Below are positions 28,101 to 38,793 of a stretch of DNA of 64,000 nt, one piece after another. Origin of the DNA: Geosiphon pyriformis uo1 (lineage: Eukaryota > Fungi > Glomeromycota). The stretch is from the NCBI GenBank assembly GCA_016748015.1, contig JAAOMT010000586.1, positions 603,483 through 667,482 on the forward strand, written 5' to 3'. The stretch's first letter is position 1, and every line of letters begins with the position of its first letter. Below the pieces are notes generated by a model that saw nothing but the letters and a program-made list of their open reading frames with translations, searched no databases and was not told where the DNA came from. The translations under genes and the position numbers were made by a program.

Positions 28101-31100
28101 ATCTATAATAAAGTATCATCTAGATTTCACAGATTAGAACTTTTGGTGTTAAAGATTGTCAAAGTCTCTCGTCTGGTCTCTCATGAGGAATTTGTTTCTC
28201 TACTTGATACATGAAAAAAAATTAATCCTGCTAATGCTTCTGTTGTGGATTCTCTCTTTCTTTCGGGTTCCCATTTTGATACCATTTGTTCAGCTTTGGC
28301 CAAGATTAGGAAGTCTTATCGTTCATCTAAGTTGTCAGAATCAAACTGTGCCAAAGAATCTCAGATCAAGTCAGCGATTGACAAAAGAATGGAGAGTTTT
28401 GAGTTGAACAAAGGTTATACTGTACGTAGTGTTTTAGAACGACTCTTCCACAAGGTGGTTTTAGACTATTTGGTGGTAGAAGATGAACTGGTGTTGGATC
28501 CTGCTCTAGTGAAGTCCAAGGTGGATGAGATTATGGAAGGTTGGACTAGAAGGGGTAGGGTGGTGCTTGACATTAATAATGTGTGGTCTTGCCAGTATCA
28601 TCCTCTAGGTTATGTTTTTGACAAAGCTTTTTCTAGTGTGATGGGTTTAATAGACTTTGACGAACTGTTTGGGGTTGTTTCCAACCTGCTGGATGGCAAA
28701 GCTACTGGCCTTTCAGGTATCTCAAATGAGCTTTGGAAACATTGTGATATTTTGGTCCTTAATATGCTTTTGGTGCTTTTGAACTCTTGCTTGTCTGAGG
28801 AATCTGTCCCTGGCCCCTGGAGAGAAGCTTGGATTTCAATGATTTCCAAACCATACGAATGGGAGGGTGTTCTTACCAATACTCGTCTTATTGCACTGAT
28901 TGAAACAGCTTACAAGATTCTTTTCAAAATACTCTTAGACAGGATTTCTTCTGCATGCAGCACTCATAATGTCCTTCATGGTGACAATTTTTTGGTTTTG
29001 AAAGATACAACAACACAGTCCCCCATTTTTGCAGTTGATTTGGTTGTTGAAAATGTCCTGAAAAAGAACTGAGAACTTTGGCTGGTCTTGCAGAATATGA
29101 GAAAAGCGTATGATTCAGTTGGCTGGAAGCATTTGGAGAAGTGTTTGGTTAGAATTAAAATATACAACAGATTCATTCAATTTTTTGGCAGCATTCACAA
29201 AGGTCGCACTAATCAAGTTATGACAGATTTTGGTTTGACAGATGATTATCGGGTCCATGATGGTTTAGATCAAAGAGAGGTCTTTTCCCCCCTTCTGTGG
29301 TGCATTTTTTATGATCCTTTTTTGTGCGAAGTCAAGCATCAGAAGAGCATATGTGAATACAGGCTAATTTCTTATTTCATTTCCAAAAGTGGTCGTGTTG
29401 AGTCACAGACTGGGCTTTCTTCCTATTTTGCCACTGGTGTCTTTGTTGATGATATGATTTGGATTGGCAGTAGTCAGAGTGCTACTCAACACATTTTGGA
29501 TGTTGCTAGCAAGTTTTTCCGGATTAATAACATTTCAATAAACAATAACAAAACTGTAGCTATTCCCATCAATTGTAGGGTTGGAAATCCTGCTCTTTTC
29601 ATTAGTGGTTCACCTATCTCTGTTGCCAAAAAAGGTGAATCTCATCAGTATCTGGGCATATTTCTGTCGACTAAGGGTCTTTTCAAATCTAGTTTAGCTA
29701 GGGTGCATTCGAACATTTGTTTTTTTACAAATTTGGTTCTAAAAAAAGTTATCTCAGATAAGCAGTTCTTATATTTGGTTTCAGTGGTTCTTCAACCTAT
29801 TGTTAGCTACAGGACACAGTTTAGCTTTGTTCCTATCAGCATTTGCAACAAGTAAGATGCTATGATTTGTAAGGGCCTGAAGCTCAAATCTGGACTTCCA
29901 CTCGACTTTCCTAGTGATTCGATTCACCACCCCTTTTTTTATGGTTTGAAATCTTTCCTGCAAATTCAGTCTGAAGGCAAGGTTGCTTCTCTTATTAATT
30001 TTGCCAACTCTGGTGGAATTGTGAGACATTTGTTCTCTCATAGGTCTTATAATCTGCAGGTTTTATGTTGACACCCTATTCATCCGTTGAGTTCTTCTGT
30101 TCACATTTGTGTTAGTGTCTTTAATAATTTTCTGGTGGGTGTGGTTTGCATGTTTTATAATTGCAAATTGTCTTTGGGTAGATCTTTTGCCAATTCCTTT
30201 CGTGTTAATGGTGGGACACCCATGTCAACTGTTTTGGGTGAATCAGTTTTCTCCAGGTGTCTCCCCTTACTTCAGCAGTATAATGTGGCCTTTGTAGACC
30301 AACTTTGTGATCATCATGGTACAGTCTTTGATTGGTCCACATTTAAGCAATGGAAAAAACTGGACCCCTGTGGCCTTGTTCCTGAGTGGTTCAGGCTTTC
30401 TGCTATGTTTCTTGCTGGTGAGGATTCCTCTTCTGCTCGCATCCCAGTTCTTGCTAATGTTGGTCCTTTGGATATTCTGGGTTCCTTTGGCTTTGTGTCT
30501 ATCTGTGATTGTCTTTCACAGGTTGATGCAAGGATGTTGTCAGTCTATACTAATGAGTCATTGAGAAATTTGGGTACAGTTAGCTGTAAAGTGGATGCTG
30601 CAGCTTTTTTCGAGGATATTGGTATGGGTTTGGGTGTTGGTGTGTCTGGCTTGATGTCATCTATCATGGCTGAGTTACAGGCAATTGTATTGGCTCTTGA
30701 GTGTGTTCCTGTTTTTAGTAATGTCCATTTGTTTTCGGATAGTCAGTCTGCTTTGGATGCTTACAAATCAGAATTGGGTATGGTGGCTCCTGATTTCCAG
30801 AATCGATGTTGAATTGAGCGTCAGCACATTGCCAATGTCATTTCCTATAAGGTTCTAAATGTTATTTGGCACAAAGTCAAAAGTCATTCTGGAGTTTTGG
30901 GAAACAAGCATGTTGATTTAATTGTTAGTGCTGATTTTGTTTCTGACTGGTTTTTTTCTCCTTGCCTGGATAAACACTTTTTGATGGCTGATGGCAACAT
31001 TGTCTCTGGCAATTCAAGGCACTTTGTCTGTGACACTTTTTATGCCATGTGTCATGCACATTGGGAAGTGGGGTCTGGTTCTAAATTTTTGCCTGACAAC

Positions 31101-31962
31101 TTACGGGCTGATGTTGATTGGTCTTACTCATCTTTGGTGTGGCATCCTGATTTGCATATGGCCACTGGTTTCACTAGCAAGATTTCAGCTAATGCGTGCT
31201 CTTATTTTATAAAGGCTTTGCATCATCAGTTGTCTGTGGCTGTTCATAAGCAGCTTTATAATAAACTTTATTCCAGTGTATTGTGTCTATATTGTGGTGA
31301 CGTAGAGGTGTCGGATCATGTTTTTTTCTTATGAAGTTGATGATTCTGCTTGGTGTCGGTTGTTGAATTCTCACATAAACACTTGGAAAACACTTTTTGG
31401 TTCTTCTGTCTCTTTTTCATGTTTGTTGCAGTTGTTGTCGTCTTGTGTTTCAGGTTTCTCAATGTCCATGGCTCTTCATAAGGGTTTTGTTTTTGATAAT
31501 TGGTTTTGTAAAGCTGTTTCTGTCTTCCATAATCCCAAGGTGGCATGTTTGAAGGTCGTTGATTTCGCACGTTCTCTTGGCCTCGCTTTTAGAGATGAGA
31601 TATGATTAGTTCGTGCCAAACATCATGTCTATATAGAAAAGCATGGACTGATTCCTTTAGATGGCTCGTCTCTTACTTCAGTCTCTGGTTTGACTTCACG
31701 TCTTTTTGCTAGTGTGGTTGATTTGCTTGGTATCAATGAAGCTTTTGGTGTGCATTTTGGTTTTCGCAAGTCTTGCATGTTTTTTTCCAGCATTGGTAAT
31801 TCGGTTTCTGTCTATATAGCTGTGTAGTGTTGTTCTGACTGGCCTGAATGACTGGTCACGTGTAGAAAGTACATGATTCACGTCTAGTTTAGATTATTTC
31901 TTTGATGTATAGTGCTAGGTTGTGTGTGGATCTCACTCGTTAATAATAATAATAATAATAAA
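25180..31962 (+). mobile_element. LINE copy A, near full length and disrupted: ORF1 ~25263-27141, ORF2 27138-31827, 3' UTR, (TAA)n tail
   Basis: ORF1 has RRM-like blocks and the CEQCGKFGHSALEC knuckle. ORF2 has APE (WKIATYNVRGIN, GGDFNE, IDYVFV), RT (MRKAYDSV, GLDQ.EVFSPLLW, FVDD), RNase H (AELQAI, SDSQSAL, KVKSH..GN) and CLYCGDVEVSDH. It contains many in-frame stops and a few frameshifts. Confidence 0.95.
31828..31941 (+). other. Conserved ~115-nt structured 3' UTR shared by all LINE and ORF1-only copies (representative copy)
   Basis: Core G(A/G)CTGGTCACGTGTAGAAAG.AC.TGA is recognisable in A, B, C, D, the 44.2 kb fragment, E, F, G and H. Hairpins are described in the findings. Confidence 0.8.
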
Positions 31963-31981
31963 ATTTATTAACTTGAAAAAA

Positions 31982-34900
31982 AAACTTCTTTCTCTCTTAC
32001 TTCCACAAACCCTCAAAAAATGCTTTTCTGATAAAGAAGTTTTTTATTTTTCCTTATTAGTATTTCACAATTTCTCTTTCTAACAACCCCTTTTTCATGG
32101 ACCTAGAAGCTGTCTCTAGTAGCAACATGTCTAAAAAAAGGCACCAAAGAGTGCTTTTCATGGTCCTGCTGGTGGTTCCTTCTCACAGAAGAAGAGAGTT
32201 GTGCTTGGGAATGTCAAACACTTAGGTGATAAAAAGGATATTTCTTTAGACAGGTTTGAGCTTGGTAACAGTGTGTTCTCTAATGTGGATAGTGTGTCTG
32301 GTAATGAGGAAAGTACTAACATGACTGGCATTAATGTTGAGTCTCTTCTGGATTCAGCCACCAATACTTCTAAAGCCAAGCATGTCAATACTGGTGCCAT
32401 TTTTGGTTCACTTCTTGGTTCTCCTAATTTTGTCATGGATGATGATAATGATGTTTCTCTTCCTCCTTATCTTTCAATCTCTCTGGAAAAAAAATGGATT
32501 GACCCTAAAATTGTTAAGACTCAGGTTAAGGTGTCTGTCAAAAAATCTTTTGCTCTTGATATCAATCTTAGTGCTATGGAAGAGAATTTGACAACAGCAA
32601 AAACTCAGTTAATTAGAAAAATTTTTTCATTGGTCAATAGTTTTGGGGGGGCCATTACTCCCTTAAAATTTGAAGGGATCATCCGATCTATTTTCACTTC
32701 TGAAAAAAGCATGAATATGGCTGTATCTTTGGCCAGAGAAAGAGAGATCGTCATAAACACTAATCTCAAGAAATCAGGAGTGCATTCAGATCAGGCCGTA
32801 GTAATCAAGAAAATTCCCATAAATACACCAAAAAAAATGATCGTTGCCACAGTTGCTGAATTTGGTAATATTAAATCAATTAGGATTCAGTTAATTGGTA
32901 TGTAGCAGAAGGCTATGGTGGAATTTGTCGAATTGAGTCAAGCCAATCTGTTGGCATCAAAATGATCATTCCTAATCGGAAAAGACTCAGTGCATATGGC
33001 AAAAGCTGTGGAAGATCATGATATCTGGGCATCAAGGAACCATTTTAGGGCACTTTTGTTTATCTTACCAGTGGGAACAACTGCATATGATCTTGGTACT
33101 CTTTTGGATAGGGCTGGTGGTAAGACTTGTATCATCAATAGATCTTTGGACACTGGCAATAGGTTTCATTGTGCTGTGGTTGGCTTTGAATCTGAGAAGG
33201 ATTTGGATTCAGCATTTTGCACTGAGCCTGTTTTTGGTAGTGTGCGGCTCTTATAAGCTAAATTGAATTTGGTTCAATGTGGAAAGTGTGGGTATTTTGG
33301 GCATTCAGCTCTTAAGTGTGATGCTCCAATTGGCTCTATGCCATTGTCATCTTTGGTTAAGTCTTTTAAAGATTTTGTTTTTGAGGAAAGACGTTTCCAG
33401 CTGGCCAAGTTATATAAAAAGAAGGAAGTTCCTATCTCCTGCCCTGTTGCCTTTGGTGGAAAGTCTTGGGCCCAAGTGGTTTCAGTGGCTTCCCTCCTCT
33501 TTCATGGTTTTCTTGCTGGTTCCAGCTCAAATCTTTTTTCTTCTTCTTATCATGACATTGGTAATGTTTCTTCTTTGAATAAACACTTGGCCTCTTTGGA
33601 ATGCTCATTTGAGCTTTTTTCTGATCAAGTGTCCACTATTGTTAGACATCTTAATAGTGCTGAACTGGTACCTTTGGTGTCTTCCTCTTTTGTTTTTCCT
33701 CCTGATGTTTCTGCATCTTCGGGTTCAGATTCAGAATTGAATATGGTTTTGGATGGCACTTCAATGCTGTCTGCTCTTTCTTCTTCTACTGTTGATGTTG
33801 GTGTGTATGTTCTCAGTTTTAGTAGCTTTAGGACTCTCACTGGCAAAGTGGGTGGCTTGGAGTCTAAGTTGGCATCTTTGGAGGCTTCTATTGGTTTGGT
33901 GTTAGCACGTTTGGATGGCTTGTGCTCTAGTTCAGGTGCTTTTTCACATTTTTTCTCCAAATGAATAACCTAGTTTAGAAGTTTGCTATGTGTAATGTTT
34001 GGGGTCTCAATATTCCAGCCAAATGGGCAGACGTTGTTCATTGGCATGTAAGCTCTGAAAGTATGGTTTCTTTTGTTACTAAAACAAAGTTGAGGCCTTT
34101 CTCTGGACCATAGATCAAGGATGAATTTGAAGGGGTTCAGATCTTTACTTCTGGTTTGGATGTTGGTTATCTTAGTGCTGGTGTTGCTGTGATTATGAAC
34201 AATTCTTTGGCTCACCATGTTTCTAAGATAGAAGTGGTTCCTGATTATATTATCTTGGTGCATCTTCTGTTCAAAGACAAGCTTTCAGTAATTGTGTTAA
34301 GTTTGTATGCTGGTGCCTCTTTTGGCGTTTGTTTTGGGCAGGTGTTTAAGTTTTATTCTCTCATTGCTAAGACTGTTAATACCAGCAATTTTGTTGTTTT
34401 GGGTGGGGATTTTAATAAAAATAAGTCTGGGAGGAGTGCAAGTTTCAGGTTTTGCCTGGGTCTTGGTCTGGTCAATTTGTTTGCCAGCCATCAGTTGGCA
34501 TTGGCTCCTACATGGTACAACTTGAAAGGGATTAAAAAAACTATTGATTATATTTTAGTTAGTAAGAGTCTGTCATCTGCTGTTGCTAAGCATTGGATTG
34601 GGTCAGTTTCAGATTTTTTTGACATGGATTATAGTGTTGTCATGGTGTCAGTTGGTCTGGATGGGCTTTTGGCTGTTCAGTTGAATAGCTTGCACAGGCA
34701 GGCTAACAAAAATTGTTGGAAGTTCAAGATTAAGGATGTGGATGTGTTCAAGTGTGATAAGTTTAGAGATTGTATTTCGGCAAGGCTTCTGTTGATTAAA
34801 GGCATTTTTGCTAATGCCAAAGCTGGTGGTAATTTAAATACTATGTGGGCAATTTTAGAAAAGAAGATGGTTGAGTCTGCTGATGAGATTTTTTTCAGAC

Positions 34901-37900
34901 TGTGGTTTAGCAAATTTTGTTGCTCTAGGAACAAATATTTTTCGAAGTTCTTTGGATTGGAGTTGCTCGTTACAAAAATTTTTGGTGCGGTCCATTCTGG
35001 CAATATGCTTGAAGTTGTCTGTCTCATAAAAAAATGGTCCACTTTGGATGAGAACAAAGCTTGCGTGTTCTCTAATTTGGTTAGATTGGGTAAGGATAGT
35101 GGAGTTCTTCTTAAGCATCTGTTTTCATTTCACAAGGAATACAGAAAATCAAAAATGTTTGAATCAAAGCTAGCTGAAGAGGCTTCTGTTAGAAAAGCTA
35201 TAAAAAAACACATGGAGAGTTTCACTTCTAATAAAGAAGGCATGATCAAAAGTATTTTGGACTGGTCTTTTCACAAGGTGGTACTTGATTATTTGGTGGT
35301 TGATGGAGGCTTGGTTCTGAAACCTGGGGAGGTGAAGTCTAAAATGAATAAGATTATGGCAGGATGGACAAGGAAGTGGGTGATACTTACAGTAATGCCT
35401 GATCTCTGGGCTTGCCAATATGCGCCTTTGGATTATGTATGGAATGATGCTTTTTCTAGAGTGATGTGTGATATCAGTTTGGATGAACTGCTTTTAGTGG
35501 TTAATGATCTTTCTGATGACAAGGCTGCTGGCTTGTCTGGCATTCCTAATGAATTGTGGAAACATGGTAGTAATATAGTATTGGGTTGCCTTCTGGAGCT
35601 GTTGAATACATGTGTAATTGTTGGTAAGGTGCCTACTTTATGGAGGAGAGCATGGGTGTCAATGATTCTAAAGCCTTATAATTGGGATGGAGTTCTTACA
35701 AATACTCAGCCTATTGCATTAATTAAGACTGCCAGGAAGATTCTCTCTGATAGAATTTTGTCTGCTTGCAGCAAGTTTGGTGTTCTTCATGATGATAATT
35801 TCTCTGTTTTAAAGAGTATGTCTACACAGTCTCCAGTTTTTGCTGTTGGCTCAGTAGTTGAGAATGCTTTAGAGAAGAATTGTGAACTTTGGCTGGTGTT
35901 ACAAGATATGCATAAAGCATATGACTTGGTTGGATGGCATTACTTGGAAGTGAGCTTGAAATGCATTAAGATGTGCAGCAAATTTATTAGTTTCTTCAGA
36001 GGCATACATAAGGATAAAATTAATAGGATCATGATGGATTTTGGTCTGTTGGATGACTATTGTGTACATGATAGTTTGGATCAAGGTGAGGTCTTCTCCC
36101 CCTTTTTCTGGAGGATCTTCTATGATCCACTCTTGTGTGAGGTTAAAAGGCATAAACATTTGTGTGGATACAGGATTGATACTAATTTTATGGTGAAAAC
36201 TGGCAGAATTGAGAATAGTAGTGGGATGTCATTCTTTTTTGCTGCTGGTGCTTTTGTGAATAATACGATTTGGGTGGAAGATTGCCAGGATTGCCAAACT
36301 TCCATGCAGTATGCTCTTAATATTGCCAGTAAATTTTTTTCAATCAATGATATTTCTATTAACAATAAGAAAATAGTGGCTATTCCAATTAATCAGAGTG
36401 TTAAGGTTGTCTCTTTGAGTATTAGTGGTCAACTGATCTCTATAGCAAAAAAAGATGAAGCTCACAGATACCTGGGAATTTTTTTGTCAACTAAGGAGTT
36501 GTCCAAACCTAGTTTAGCCAAGGCATATTTGGATGTTTGTTTCTTTGTCAATGTTGTACTTAAGAAGACTATTATGAACAAGCAGTATTCTTATTTAGTC
36601 TCCACTGTTTTGCAGCCAATTGTTAGCTACAAAATGCAGTTTAGTTTTGTTTTTTCTGGTGTATGCTACAAGTGGAACGTTTTGGTTAGAAAAGGCCTCA
36701 GGTTTAAGACAAGCTTGCTTTGTGATTTCCTGAATGAGACTTTGCATCATCTTTCTCTTTATGGCTTAAAGCCTTTTGACCAGGTACAATCTGAAAGTAA
36801 GGTGGCTGTAGTGATATCTTTTTCAAATGCTCCAGACATTTTTGGTTGGTTGTTTCTTCATTGCTTCTTGGATTTACAGGTTCTTGGGTGGACACCTTTG
36901 AATCCGTTGCAGTTTCCAGTTAAGCTGCTCATTAGTCCTGTGAACAACTTTTTAGCTGGTATGGTCAGAATTTTTTTGAATTGTGAGCTGTCTTTGGCAG
37001 ACTTTCTACCTAGTGCGTTTAGGGACCCTGGTTATTTTCCTATGCCTGAGATTTTGGGGAAATTCTTGTTTCTTAGTTGTGTTCACTCTTTAAAGTGTTT
37101 TGGAGTTGCCTTTGATAACAGACTCCTTGACAAAAAAGGTGCTGTGATGGATTGGAAGACTTTTCATTGTTGGAAAAGGCTTAATTCCAGGGGCCCTGTG
37201 CCTTACTGGTTTAATGTCATATCAAGGTTTTTGCTGGATAAGAGTTCAGTGTCACCTGCTGCTGTTAAAGCTGGTGGTTTTTCAGGCTGTAGCATTTTGG
37301 ATTTTGAACAGTTTGCTTTTGTGTGTAATGGTTTGCTCGAAGTTTGATCTGGCTCTTTTGATGTTTATACTGATGGTTTGTTGAAATTTGCTGGCTCTTC
37401 CAGTGTAATTAGCGGAGCCACTGCTTATTTTCCTGCTTTGGATTAAGAAGTTGGTATTGGTGTTTGTGGGCTTTTATCTTCAACTTTATCAGAATTGCAG
37501 GCTGTGGCTCTTGCTCTGGAATGCATTCCTCTTTCCTGCACAGTGGTTTTGCATCTTGACAGCCAAGCTGCTATTGATGCATGTGTGTCCAAATTAGCTT
37601 TTGCTGTTCCTGATTTGTGCAATTATTGCTGAATCAAAAAAAAATATATTGCCAATTTGATTAAGAATAAAGATCTTGCTGTGAGTTGGGTTAAAGTCAA
37701 GGGTCATTCTAGGGTCTTTGGTAATGATAGAGCAGATACGCTGGCTGGTGAGGCTGCTGGCTCTCCTCTTTCTTTGCCGGCTGGGGTTCGTGAGTGTTTT
37801 TTGTTGGCTAAGAGTACTGCAATTTCAGGTAATGCTCATCACTTTGTCAGAAATGTTTATAAATCTATTTGTCGTGCTCATTGAGAGGCTGGTTCAGATC

Positions 37901-38788
37901 ATGATGTGGTTCCAGTTGCTTTGTTGCAGAGTTTTGATTGGATTGCTTCCACACAGGTTTGGCATCCTGATTTGCACATGTTTGCTGAGTTTACTAGCCA
38001 TAAGTCTGCGATTCTTCACACATACTTGATGAAAGCTCTACACAAAAGGCTGCTGGTGGCTGTCCGCAAAAAGTTATATGATAAGAGTTATTCTGGCGTG
38101 CAATGTTTGTTGTGTAACAAAGTGAAATTGCCAGACTATGTCTTTACATGTTCACAGGATGTTTATATTCAGGGGGACATTTTGTCAGAAGTGTCTGCTC
38201 ATTGGATTTCTCTGACTGGTGCTTGTGACCCATCTTCTTCTTCCATCTTGAGGACTCTTGATCTTTGTCATTCAGATGTCAGCTTGTATTCTGTCATGTG
38301 TAAAAGGTTTGTGCTTAAAGATTGGTGTGCAGAAGTGGTTGGCATTTTTGGTGATGTTAAGAGTGCAACTAGTGTGGTGGTTGACTTTGTAAGATATTTG
38401 GTTAAGTTGCATCAATCCAAGGTGTAGTTGACAAAATCTAAATTTAGAGTGAATATGGAGAGGGTGGACTTGGTTGATGATAATGGTTTGGTAGTGGGTT
38501 TTTCTTGTTGTGGGTCTTCTATGCTTTCAGATAGAGTGGTCAGGTTGCTTGGTATTGTAGAGTCTTTTGCTGTGAGTTTTGGCCATCGCAGGTCTTGTCC
38601 TTTTTTTTCTGGTTTGGATGGTAATCTGTATGTTGTTTTAGGTGTGTAGTGTTGCCTTGTCTGGCCCGAGTGGCTAGTTACATGTAGAGAGTGTGTGAAT
38701 CATGCTTAGTTTGAACCACTTAGTTTGGTTCTATGTACTAGGTAGTGGTTAGGCTTCATTTGTTAAATTGTTTTAATAAAAAAAAAAA
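31982..38788 (+). mobile_element. LINE copy B, full length and disrupted: ORF1 ~32128-33964, ORF2 33961-38649, 3' UTR, poly(A)
   Basis: Same architecture as A: CGKCGYFGHSALKC, a 1063 aa open stretch with the RT motif decayed to FVNN, VYTDG, WVKVKGH..GNDRAD. TSD ATTAACTTGAAAAAA at 31967-31981 and 41094-41108. Confidence 0.95.
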
Positions 38789-38793
38789 TTAAC

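Noticed and set aside
31828-31941. Hammerhead ribozyme or pseudoknot in the 3' UTR
   Set aside because: There is no conserved CUGANGA core. GGCCC/GGGCC and CGAGTG/CACTCG cannot both form with 0-1 nt linkers, so they are at most alternative pairings.
34156-37347. 1063 aa ORF as an active reverse transcriptase
   Set aside because: The catalytic DD is mutated to NN, and stops flank it on both sides within ORF2.
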